Below are positions 1-12,000 of a DNA stretch of 41,064 bases, piece after piece; within the stretch, counting starts at the first letter, position 1; every line of letters begins with the position of its first letter. The DNA lies in contig JYFJ02003473.1 in the NCBI GenBank assembly GCA_000934665.2, positions 1 to 41,064 on the forward strand, given 5' to 3'. The notes under the pieces are model-generated. The model saw nothing but the letters and a program-made list of their open reading frames with translations. It searched no databases and was not told the DNA's origin. Made by a program: the position numbers and the translations under genes. Source of the stretch: Catajapyx aquilonaris. Lineage: Eukaryota.

Positions 1-127
1 TGACGTGTATGTACACGTTATTTTCATTATCTTCGCATTAAATCTGTAGAAGTTACAGCCATTTCCCAGTGCCTACTTACTTCCCACCCACCCTGTACAT
101 CTCAACCTCTCAAGATTATTGCCTTTA

Positions 128-370
128 TTACAAACGCATACGCCAGATGAGGTTGAAGACTCTGGTCCCCTCGGGGGCATCTCTGGCTCCGGATTTAATA
201 TCTTCCGGATTCAGCTCCGGGAATCCCTGATTTCTACCTTCATAATACTGCTTCTCGTCGGTTCCTCCCCTTCTGCAATATTGATCAATCGAATGTATAC
301 AGTAAAAGGCCGCGTAGGGATCGGGGTGTGCCTGTATCGTTAATTTGAGACCGAAGGAACTGCTGGGGAC
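128..370 (-). CDS. Probable terminal coding exon of an unidentified minus-strand gene
   Basis: Minus strand: pyrimidine-rich acceptor ...tattcctctag| followed by 80 open codons VPSSSFGLKLTIQAHPDPYAAFYCIHSIDQYCRRGGTDEKQYYEGRNQGFPELNPEDIKSGARDAPEGTRVFNLIWRMRL and a TAA that overlaps AATAAA. Family not recognised. Confidence 0.5.
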   Translation of the reverse strand, partial: VPSSSFGLKLTIQAHPDPYAAFYCIHSIDQYCRRGGTDEKQYYEGRNQGFPELNPEDIKSGARDAPEGTRVFNLIWRMRL

Positions 371-1450
371 CTAGAGGAATACACTTGGGCTTTGGTTGGA
401 AGAAGGGGAAAAAAGCAATTCGGGACCAATATTGACGGCCGGTTTGGGAAGGTGGTATAGATGTTGGGTGAGTGTGGAAGCCGAAGAAGGAAACGTGACC
501 GGTAAGCATGAGGAATGGCGGCATTGAGTCGCTTCCACGAATGTCAGTGTCAGAGTTACAAGGATGGCCAATGGCGAGGGTGAAGGAGACGAAATAAGAG
601 GAGGCACGCTAAGTGCATTGGGATTAGCATTGATTGGGTGTGACTTGACTTGACCGACGAGAAGGTTTGGACATGTCAAAGGTTAAACACATTTTTCCAA
701 GTGTGGTTTAAAACGATGTATTCTTTTACCTAATATTATGAAAACTCCTGAGAGTAACTGCTCACATATAATTGAAATGCAGAACACTTCAGTTGAAACA
801 TTTGTTGCAGTGTAGCTATAGGCCCTACTTATGACCTCACTTTTTGATTTATATATTACAAGTTGTAAAAATCCCAGTTTGAAAATTCATAACTTATCCC
901 AATTGTCCATGTAAAATTTGTGCAAACCGGTTTATTGCATTACCTACTTGTGAGGGCGTTCACCGCAGCTTAAACGTATTAGGAAAATAATAAGTGTTGG
1001 CTCAGTATGGACACTTAATGCATTCGAAATGTGCATAACTAGAAAGGCTCAAAATATGGGAATATATTAATGTGATAACTGAACAGGAGTGAAATATATT
1101 GAGCTTCACTCTTCTAACAATATTTTTTCAGCTTCCACTCCAACAAAACATGATCGCCGACACGTCCTCAACTTCAGCACTTTTTATCGTACAGTAATGT
1201 GCGGAACAACTGCAGGTGGTCTACAAACGCCAGATTAAATTATGCACACGTCCACCAGCATATAGTTCATGAGACACGTATATAACCGTAACCAATGGGA
1301 AATTTGCCCAACCGCGAAAAGTTATAACACAAGTTTATTGTGGCTTGCTCCGCTACCTGGCATATACACGCGCCTTGAATTGTTAATCATAATTTTTTTT
1401 GCAAATCTGCAGTTTAATTCATACATCGAACCTGTCAGCACCGTACTTAC

Positions 1451-1530
1451 TCCTATATGTACAGTATTTCCACATTTTATTGTCACAGAACCTAAAGCTG
1501 CTGTACAATGCGAAGTAATTTCGGTCGGCA
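1451..1530 (-). CDS. Possible internal exon of the same minus-strand gene
   Basis: Acceptor ctctctgcaaag| and strong donor |gtaagt; 80 nt, open in two frames. One frame (VPTEITSHCTAALGSVTIKCGNTVHIG) is phase-compatible with 1614-1875 upstream and 128-370 downstream. Confidence 0.25.
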
Positions 1531-1613
1531 CTTTGCAGAGAGCAGGCAAGACCAGGGCAAGACAGTGCAGTTGGCATAATGCGAAGCCACCCGAGAGAAA
1601 TCTCTTTCCTCAC

Positions 1614-1875
1614 CCAGACTCGTTAGAGAAAGAGAAGGGGCCCAGGCAGTTTGATCATGATTAGCAAGGCTTGGTGAGGGGGCTAGATCCTCCTTAGAGC
1701 TGTATATCTGACTCAGGGGTCGCCTTTGGAAGCGACGAGGAAATGGAGACGCCGGCGCCCGAGACGCCCTCCCAGAGTCCATCCGCTGCTGCTGTTGCCT
1801 TGTCTCCATGGCCTCCGACTCTTTATGGTGCTGAACCGGAAGCTGTGGCAGATCGATACCTGGCGACTCCTCCAT
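1614..1875 (-). CDS. Possible first coding exon (low-complexity, S/P/Q-rich) of the minus-strand gene
   Basis: ATG at 1875 with an in-frame upstream stop, MEESPGIDLPQLPVQHH...SLSLTSL, ending at donor G|gtgagg; 83-nt intron to 1530. No recognisable homology. Confidence 0.2.
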
Positions 1876-3067
1876 TGCTGCGCCTCAAATCTTCTCTCAG
1901 GGCATAGCAGAAGCTTCACACAAGACTCTCTCTATACCATCCCCCCCAAAAGGCAGGAGGAGGGGATGTTGTCATTGCCAGGTGCTGCTCCCACAAATTC
2001 ATGGTGGAGTCATCTTAGTATCCTTCTTTTATGGCCGGCTCCTGGAATGGCGTCTAGTGCTTATAGTTGTCAAGGAGAGCTGAGTTGATGGCTGCCCTGT
2101 ATATACAAGGTGGTCCAGAGCAGTGGTTTATATCGACAGTTTGGTTTTTTAAAGCTGCTAGTGGAGTTGTTGGACACCTTGTACACTAACCTGTAGTTGT
2201 TTACTCGCCACATCAGAATACTGTACGTGTAAACAGCGTGGGTTGTGGCCTTGTTTCTCACGGTATGTGGACATTATTTTCATTTTGTCGCCGACTCTAA
2301 AAACACATCCAGTCTATTCTGAACCGACAGCATGTACTGTTTAATTGGCAAATCAATACTTTTTACAGCTATGTGTTCGATTTTAGAGCTGAAAATTCTG
2401 TACAGGCCTGTTCAGCAAATAGCCCCATCTGCATGACAAATGTGGTGCGATTATTAAATTACTCCCTCCATAATATGGGCCTTGCTGAAACTTCTCCGGC
2501 GCAGTCGTCCTATGGTTCAACTTGATGCATTAGCTTTACGGGTGAGAGGGAGGGGAGAGAAAAAAGTTCTTGTTATCGCCCAGGAGAGAGAGAACGAGAC
2601 AGAAAAAAAAAGTTCTCATCTCGAGGCATCTACGCTGAGTGTCCTAGAAGTTGCTTTGATGTCGTCTACGTCGTTAACTGCGGCCGTAGGTTAAAAAGTT
2701 GGCCCCCAGGAAAATGAGAGCAGTGTTTTGCACAACAGCAATGTTTAAAGCACGAACCGTAGGATTAATGTTTCACCCACCAGGAAACGAGCCTCTGGGA
2801 GTGTCTCAAACGACACCGCAGAATCTTTTTTTTTTCTCCGAGGTTACCCATGCATGGATTAAAATTTTAAACTTCATTTGCATCCATGTTGCGATTCATG
2901 AGGGCTTCTCTGGGTTTAAACTGTAAGTTGCAGAAAGGTCCTGCAGTCGCCATGATTTTGGTGAATAATGCTATTCCGTTGAAAATTATGTTCACCTCTA
3001 TTAGTCCGGGTGCTAAGGGGTTGAACTTTGCATTTTGTGACACAATTATGAAGCTCGGTACACTTGC

Positions 3068-3305
3068 TCTTTGGACACTTCTGATCATATCTGGACGTGG
3101 AGTCACGATGACCACCCCGGTGGAGGTCAATTTCGCAGGGTTGCCATAACTACCTTATGCAGCATCCTTTAGGAGTTTAGGATCTTCAATTCGGTGACAA
3201 AAACATAAACTCGCCACAATAATTGGTCTTTGGATACTTCTGAACACGTCTGGATGTGTGGCCATGATGACTGACCCCCGCTGTGGGTCACTCGCAGGGT
3301 TGCCA
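3068..3305. repeat. Diverged direct repeat, two ~80-nt copies (3068-3146, 3227-3305)
   Basis: Both copies start TCTTTGGA(C/T)ACTTCTGA and end TCGCAGGGTTGCCA. Confidence 0.75.
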
Positions 3306-6300
3306 GATCTAACGCACCCAACAAACCTCTCTGCGAAGATATCTGTTTTTTCTTAACCCGGATATGCCAGAATTATTTTGTGTGTTAAATCTTTTAAATA
3401 TTTTCCATTTTATGAGAAAATGAAGAACTAACTTGTGCTATATAATTACATGGGATGCTAGGCTTGAAATCAAGCCTTCAAATGGATACCAGATCACAGT
3501 TTTTTATCCAGTTCCTTATGGTCACAACACCAAAAGCACAAGGTTTCATGAGTCTCTCGATCTTTTTATCTCATTAGCTGCTTTCAAAGCTTGAGATCCT
3601 TCCTCCGTTTGAACTCATGTCTCTCCAGGAGTTCTCTTGACGGTCCCTGCTTTCTGGTCTTAGAGCAAAGGGGCCAATCCCTTTTGGAGTCTACACTTTT
3701 GGAGGTTGGGGTCGGAGGAAAAGCGCGCCTTGCCAGGCAGTCACTATCCTTTATCATTAATGACGTGGCCATCCAGGAAATCCTCCGCAGCTTCTCTCTT
3801 ATAGTGCTCAGCACCCTTTCCCTCCAGAAAGAGCATCCAAGTGGAGAGGAGCAGCAGCCCTTATATATAGATATATAGGAAAGGAAAACTTAAGACCTCC
3901 GCCTTAGGGTTTTGATAGTGGTCTGGTTGAAAGAGCTAAAGTATCGCGCAGCTGACGGTTTTCCTGCTGCCACGATGGATGTTCCCCGTCAGAAGACTTC
4001 ATAAAGTTAATGCAATTCTGCCACATGTCCTTGTTAGCGTTTGGTGCTCATCATAACGAAAGACGGGGGGCCCTAGCTTGCTTTTTGCCCCGATGAACCT
4101 CCATGGAAATTCCCTGGCTTTAATATGTAACCTTTTATGCAACGACTCAACTCGGGTGGAAAAATACAGTTCCAGTCGTTAGTACCGAGTTTGCTGGAAT
4201 TGAATAAGAGAGTTGGGTGAACCGACGTTATTCCTGTGGGAATGAACAAAAAAAATTGGGGGGTGTTTTGACTAGGTGTGCACCGGGTTGTATTAAAGTT
4301 TGCGGTTATATTTATGTAATGTTTTGTTGGTTTGTTTTTTGGGGGGGGGGGCCATGTGGGCGGAATTTCACAGGTGGTGCCTTTTTGGACTTTTGAGGTG
4401 TGCAAACTCGATTGCTTTCATGCTGCAGCAACGCGGGTGTGGATTTACTAGGTTTCAGTGTATTTCCGTCCAAATGGGTTTGGCATTCTCAGGCTCTGAT
4501 GCAATTTATTGCAAAATCCTCTTCATTAATTCATATCGGCGAGTTCCAAAAGTGATTTGCAGGGAGAGGTCACCCAGCTTTACTCGAGCTTTTTTTAACG
4601 AAAACAACGGCCCCGAGCTAAACTCTCCTTAATGCAACGCATTAACCGGTATGCGACCTTTTCCTTCCGGCTTTGTTACACCAAAAATGTACATTTTCAC
4701 AGCCCTTGCTAATCTCTAATTCAATTTGGGCCATGGCTCTACGGATAATTTTAAGTCTAGTAAATTAATATTTGCAAGTGAACATTATTTGTTATAAAGA
4801 TTATCTGAAAATCTTCCTGATTATCCATAAGAAATTCTGCTGTAAGACGAAACATTAGTGAAGATTTTCGGAATATTAGACAATTCTGAAGCATTTTTAA
4901 CGTAGAAATTCTGTATCTGAAGCAGAATAAGTCTGGCACAGAGGCAATGAGGTGACGTGTGACATACACCGTAGGGTTTTCCTGTACAAAAATGTCAAAC
5001 CTGCCCGAGACTGGCCCGAGGGATCAGTTCATGCTAATTCCAAAAAAATTGCAATTACCCGAGTTCGGTGTAATTGTTTTGGTTTTGTTGTTCTTGGATA
5101 AGACACAAAAAAGACTTGATTGTATCCCTCCATGATTTGATCCCAACCGAATCTGTAGAGTGAAACCCTCTCCCTGGAGTGGAGCGCATGCTGTGCGTTC
5201 CATTTCCTTTCATCGGACGTTCAGCATTATCTTCCAGAACTATTTTTCTTCCCTTAAGCCGGCAGCCTGGGCTCGAGTTGTTATTCGCTTACGGAAGAAA
5301 AAGCCTCGACCCTGCTTTCAATCGATTTCGACTTAAACACTCGGCTGGGTTTGTGTTATGAGACAGCAGCTCCTCCATCTCCATCCGGCCAACCCACATC
5401 ACGTAACCTGTCTTCTGCTTTCTTTTCTTTTTATTCGCTTTCAGGAGACCGGTTTCTCTCTCTCTCAGTAGATAAAAATATATGCTTATAATAATGCTGC
5501 AAGTGAGCATGATGCGGGTCACACAAGGCTGGTCTGGTCAGATTGGGTGTGTTTGCATCTCTCTGCAAACCCAGGCCCGGGACTCTATTTCATAGGCAAA
5601 CAAGGCTAGTTGGGGAAACTTTCCGGGGGAAGTGAGAGATGGAAGGTAGAGGAAAAGAGAAGGTTTTGTGTGTCCTCAGCCTAGTTTGTGCAGAGGCTTC
5701 TGAGGAGATTGGATATTCTGAATTGTTATCTTCCTCCCAACGCTAGTCGTGCGATGAACCAGGCCAAAATCTGGGGGTTCTAATTTGAACCTTGGATGCA
5801 AATTAGGCCTCAGGCGCCGGACCCTCCCTCTAAGTACATAATCACTTCCATTACACTTTACCACCTGTGCATGTCAAGGCAATGACGCTATGGTATCACT
5901 TCGGTTAATACAGTTTAGCCTGAGGAAGAATAAGAGTTTTTTAAATTCCACGATACATTTCAGCAAAAAATGGGGTCATCGCAGAGCTCAGATGAAGAAA
6001 TTCAATGACGTCTTGTCATCTGATGAAAAGGTGCAATTCAGTACGAACCGAGAGGGAAATCGAAATCGCACTATTACCCTACTCAATGGGTCTTGAATCC
6101 CACCCACCTAACCACCCCCCCTTTTTCTTACAACCCAATGTCGTCTTCCAATATTCCGCAGAGGACTCCAGTCAGGCAAAGGGTAGAACTATGCGAATTG
6201 AGAGGATTTTTCTCTCGAGGATCAAAAAAGTCGCATGGAGAGAAAGAGACGATTGTTCTCAGAAACGAGACTGCTTGTTGCTATGCTCTTACATGACACA

Positions 6301-8928
6301 ATACTCTCCAGGAATTTGAATGGCGAAGCACGTTTTAATAAGAAAATCCGGTCGATTTGGAAGAGGGTTTTACGAATTTTTTTATCGCATTTTCTGGTAA
6401 AGACATCTGAATTGACGTCCCAGGAAGCGAAATAAAAAGCGGTTAAATCTGCGAAACAGACTGTGCTCATATAATCCTGGAAACCCCCCATCTAGAGACT
6501 TCATCAGGACCACAAAGGAAACCCCCCCGCTCGTCTCGGACACACCTTTTGTTCGGTAGCAGTCCGGCAATAAATCCGACTCCCCTGGTTCCACCCACGC
6601 CTTTCCAAGATGGGCCTCTGCGTAAATAGCAAATCGTGACCAAAATTCTCAAAGAAAACAGGAAAGTTTACACGTGGCAGAGAAATTTAGAGATGGAAGA
6701 AGCTGAGAGGAACAGGCAGTAATGTTAACTATGAGTGTACGAAGAAAATGCTTCTGGAAAACTTAACAAGATTTTTTTTTGTTCCTTGAGGTTTCCAGGC
6801 CACGAGACGGAGAAGATTGAAAAGACTTGATGCCCTGCAATAAAAAAAGTTAGCTGCGGTTGTTGCGTACTTGGTGCTGCATAACCAGCCTTTATGAGGG
6901 TATTACGTTCCTCGGGTGCGGTCTGACACTTGTTAACATTTGGCAGTTACTGTCTCGGGGCAGTACGCTCGTTGTCTTGGCTCGGGAAAAGAAAATTCAC
7001 AAAATTCTGGGAGATGAAACAAAAATTGAAGTTGATTGCTTTGGACATTTAGATAGAACCAAGCTGTCGTATATTGTTGGTAAGGAGATTATTTTGATCC
7101 TGTTAAATATTAGCAAGTGGTATCAACTGAGACATTGCTAAACTTTGCATAACAGGAGTTGCTGACTAAGTAATGACCTTGCTAAAACCTCGGAGCATGT
7201 ACACAACACTATGCAGCACACTGTAGATTCACTAAACCTTGCGTCAGCGTCCACCGTTCCAAAAAAAATGCAAGTGCATGCCCCGACAAAAAAAAAATAT
7301 CCCTCAAAAAGTATGGCGAATATCACTGTAGAAGCGATGAAACCGGAACGAAATTACCACAGAAGGCGGGCCAATTATCATGACATGGGTCCGCATTGTC
7401 AACGGAACATTAGCGACGATTAGTTTTTCAATGGGTGATTACCAGAGAGAGAGTGTGTGTGCCTGGTAGGCCCCCACTGTGTATATGTTGAGCCCCGGGT
7501 TTTTTGGACACTACAGAATAGTTGGGCCGAGGGGAATTGCCAACCCGGAGATTCTAGCGGACGAAAAATCGAATTACAAACTGACCAGCTTCCATCAGGA
7601 CCGGCAGCCGGGGCAAAAATCCGCTAAACGGTAGATAATCCAGTGGACGTTAATGAAAGCGTGAGCCTGCATTTCCCCTCTAGAGTTAGTCACTATAGTT
7701 AGGAAAAATCGATCTAGGATTGATTGGTTTCTCAGGAAGATATTGCTTCTCGATACTCTCCCCTTTTTTATCACCCTGGACCAGTAGGGACTTCGATCAA
7801 CAGATTGAGTCGTCACGTGTCGTCCCTTCCCATCTAGCTGCAATTTTTGGTCCTTTTTTGACTGGTCTAGGATGATGGTCCACTTTTGTGGCTGCGAAAT
7901 GACTTTTGCGCGATGGATGGTGGGGACCCATCACACATCATTTCCTTACCATCTCGGACGGCTGCACACTATGCCTCTGCTGGAAGAGATTGCCTTTTTC
8001 CTGCCCCATTTTACTAGCTTCTCGCATAAACATGCAGAGTTTGATTGCGATAATTCGGGGAATTGTGCTATCATCGTTTGTCACCAGATGGAATTTTTTA
8101 GTCACACTATAGTAAGAGTAAGAGTGATGAGACACTTTTCTCCATTGAACGCTATATTATTAATATCATATTTCTTAAATACTGTATTAGCGACTCGTAG
8201 TAAGAGAACCGATGCCACAAAGGGTGTTCCGTAATAACACTGAAAACAATCTAAGGTCAACTCCTTTGAACTTCCCAGTCTCGGTTCAGAGATAATTGGT
8301 TTCAAATAGCCTATTGTCAGTATTGTTACGCAACATCCTGTGTTTCAGGCGTTACATGTTAGTAAAATTCATAAGAGACTCCGGTCTACTCCGGACGCAG
8401 GATTTGGTATGGTTGTCGTTCCCCCCTCGGGTGCGTATCTCCCATGGAAAGCCGCAAGAACATTCAGACCGCTTTTCTAATTACACAAGCGGGGGAGCCG
8501 ACTTCTTTATAACGGCTTGTAGCAGCAGGCTGCTTTAATTACCGCCGGCTTCACTTATCCGGGCGAACGTCCGGCTTTTCTTGTGGCCTGAGCCCAGAGG
8601 AGTGGGGATGGGGAAGGAAAGCATCCGGAGCCATTAAAACAGTGGCACTTCCTTTATGGGTCAGCATTTTCCTCTGGAGGGAGGAAGATCACTGGAAAAG
8701 GCAAAATGGGTGTCCTCCACGAAAACCATGAATTCCGAAGTCATTATGGAGAAAGGAGACGGTTTAGGAAGATGAACCAATAGCTCGATAATGGCTGCTA
8801 CTATGTAGCTATAAGCGCTAACTGCTATCACTCCCTAAGAACTGTTACAAATATTGGGATAATGAGCAAACAAGCAATTAAACAGGTAAGAATTGCAGTG
8901 ATTGTCCCTATTCTTCGCTGCCAAATTG

Positions 8929-9053
8929 ACACATTAGTGCAGTGATCTCTCAGTAGGAATGAGCCTAACCACTCTTTTTATCGCAGTGATTGCCCCTATA
9001 TAAAAAGAGCTGTTAGGCCCATTCCTGCTTGAGAGATCAGTGCACTAATGTGT
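8929..9053. repeat. Long imperfect inverted repeat (fold-back), ~53-bp arms and 18-nt loop
   Basis: Left arm ACACATTAGTGCAGTGATCTCTCAGTAGGAATGAGCCTAACCACTCTTTTTAT is the near reverse complement of ATAAAAAGAGCTGTTAGGCCCATTCCTGCTTGAGAGATCAGTGCACTAATGTGT. Confidence 0.85.
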
Positions 9054-12000
9054 AATGTCACTAACTGCTGAAATGTGTGAGGAACCTCACAAGGCATTAA
9101 TTGGAGCTTTAATCTCGACTCGTACGGACCTGGTGGATGAGCGAAAAAACCGGAGCTTTAGTATGCAAATTTATGTAATACCCAATCGGATGGTCAGGTC
9201 AGGTCGTAGGGCTAGAAAGTGGAGATGGACCGATTGGACAGGTATAATCTGGGCAGGAGTGCTTTCCTGACTGACCACCCGAATGAAGCATTTGTGGAAA
9301 CGACGGTTGATGAATTCAGACGCGTTTTCATCCCCAACCAGATCCAACCGAGTCGCGACTGGATGCTGCAAGTGCTGTGCAAACTGCAGCCCTGCCCAGG
9401 ATATATAGTATATGAATTATTGGCCGTTGCGGGGGAAAAATGAGCGCGCAGCTTCACATCCGTGGGATCGATACCCGTGTAGGTAAGACTCGAATGGTGT
9501 ACTAGTAGCTATTATGATGACAACACCCGGTACGTAACATGCGAGGGGGGGTTCTCCAGTAACAAGTGGATATGCCTTCGCCTCCTTTTCCGGGATGCGA
9601 AGGATCTCTTCTCCCATAAAACTCTCCAAGTCGAGCGTAAATCGGTCTGAATCAGCTCCTAAGTTTGCGGGAAGTACTCTCTGCTTCGGGGGAGGCTTGC
9701 CAGACGCCTTTGGATTTATGCAGGTTTTGCTCGGCTCCAGTTTCAACCAATAAAGTGTCAAAGGGTATATTGCTTCACTCTAGATATTGGGCTTTGACAC
9801 GATTCATATTTTTCTGAAAATGTGCATGAGTGGTGCAGGTGCAGGTTTTCACTTTGCATCGAAGGATTGTAATGTAATTTAGTAAAATATGTGAGCCGTT
9901 TAAGAAATTAGGAAATGATGTCATTAGATTACGAAGTACGTAGCAGATTTTAACGTATATTCATTGCGACATATTACCCAGTGCATGTCATACGGATCAA
10001 TCCCATGTGAGCTAGAGTCAACAAAGAGCAAAGTGGACACTTTCCTCTGTGGCGGTTTGTACTTTTTCCATATTATCAAATCAGCTATTCAAAAATCACG
10101 GTGTTTGCGTATGCCGATACAGGAATTGAAATTCAGGTAATCTTATAATGGCCCCTGCGTTTATCGGCGAAGCTTTTTTTTCTCCCTATGAGCCTTGCTT
10201 CAACATTGCAGAGCAAGCCATACCCACTCGCTTTTTTATGTACGAAGGAATTGCAAAAATGAAACTGCAGCAGTCCTGCTTCGAGTTCAAATATTATTAA
10301 TGTGATTCCATTTCCAGCAATTGGTCCACATGACATATTTTTGGCAATAACCCCAGCTCCAGGCATAGACGACACTTCACTCATCGGGCCATTCTTTCAC
10401 GATTCTGACTAATGCCACGGCATTTCTAAAGACGAACCTGTGACAAGTTGGTATACACTTCGTCTCACCAGGCTATACGAACCTTGTATATCACTGGGGT
10501 CCACCCTCCCCATCTTGTATGATGGATAGTTTAATATTTCTTGAAATGAGTCTTGGCTCCAGGAACAGAGAAAGCGATTTATTAACCCAGTTCTGTAGGT
10601 TTTCTGTCTTCAATATACAGGGTGTACTGACAAACTTTAATAGTGATTTTTTGGTCACTGCGGATAGTGATGTGATGTGCGATACCGCGTTCAAAATATA
10701 TTGATCATAACATGACCATACAACACTCCTCTACTGGCCAGGAATTCACATGGCGAAACACCTCTCTTTAATGAGTTCTAGTCGTTTATAGCTCATATTC
10801 CTATCCCAGCACTTTTTTCTGTGGAAGGGGAAGTGATGCTTCCGGCCAGTTTTTTGAAGGAAAAGCATTGCTCCATCCGGACCATCCGAGCCGGATTTCC
10901 TGATGCCGAGCACCTCCGGAAATCCAGAGGCCCCGAACCGACGCCAGAGGAATAGGATTTCTGTACTAGTCAGGTCAACAGAGAGTTTTCTTGGGCCTGG
11001 TTTTTTTATCGCAAGGTGGAGGAAAATACTACGGATTTTGGTATGACTAAAGCTGAGTTTACAACATTTGATGGAAGCGTTATCGGCCGCATATACGTAT
11101 GTGGCAACAATCATTTACTATTATACGCTCCGAACGGGCCAAGTTAGTTAAAACAGCCTTTTGGCGGCAATTTGTAACCAAATTCGGGCTAATTTCACGT
11201 CATTCAATGTATCCCAGCTATGTGGGCCGTGTCAAACCCTCCCCAGATAATGTATGACATGTAAATCTGATTAACTTACCTGTTTATTCATGAAAAACGG
11301 TGAGCGCGGGAAACCTGATAGACTGATAATGTTAAGCACCCACAGCTTTAAACGGCGTCAGTGAATAAGACGAGAGCGAAAATTTTTACACAAAAATCGA
11401 GCGCGACCTTTTACAGCCCGTTAATGAAAGTCTTCAGAGCCCCGGAGCCGTTTACATATTTTCCATAGTGTTATGCAATTAAATACCAGGCATCATACGT
11501 TATTCATAGCGCCTCCGCATTATTGCAGACGTAGTTTGAATACTGACTGGGCAATCTGTCGTCTATGCAAATTCTGGACCTTGGAATCATATTCCTCCGG
11601 AGACGTCCAAGTAATGAATCAATTTCGCATTCAGTCGGCGGTCACCCCCTCAAGACATCGATCTGCCTTTTCCTCTCGTATTATATTCCAGAAGTCCAGA
11701 ACCTTGTCCAGAACTATATGGCCACATGTATACTCGGGAGGATTTTGTTCACTATTTTGGCCTGATGTTTAATAACAGCTAAGGGGTAAGTTTGACCTAC
11801 CTGGCTGCCTACTGTGGCTTCCTAGTTTTCATGTTGCCCCCCCTCTGGTATTATGTTCCTAATCAGAGAGTTGCAACGCCAACAGACTTCTTTCCACAAC
11901 CGTATATTCCAATTTTGCCAGGGCGTGTTCCTATTTGCTTCAGGGAGTTTCCAAACAACTGCTGTAAGCTGAGGTTAGCCGTAAATGGAATTAAGACTTA

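Noticed and set aside
3584..3860. Minus-strand exon-like segment (one frame gives ...KREAAEDFLDGHVINDKG-stop)
   Set aside because: No recognisable homology or consistent splice chain; frame ambiguous.
9440..9482. ATG...GTA G|gtaaga phase-1 mini-exon (MSAQLHIRGIDTRV) as exon 1
   Set aside because: Good donor and correct phase, but no hydrophobic signal peptide.
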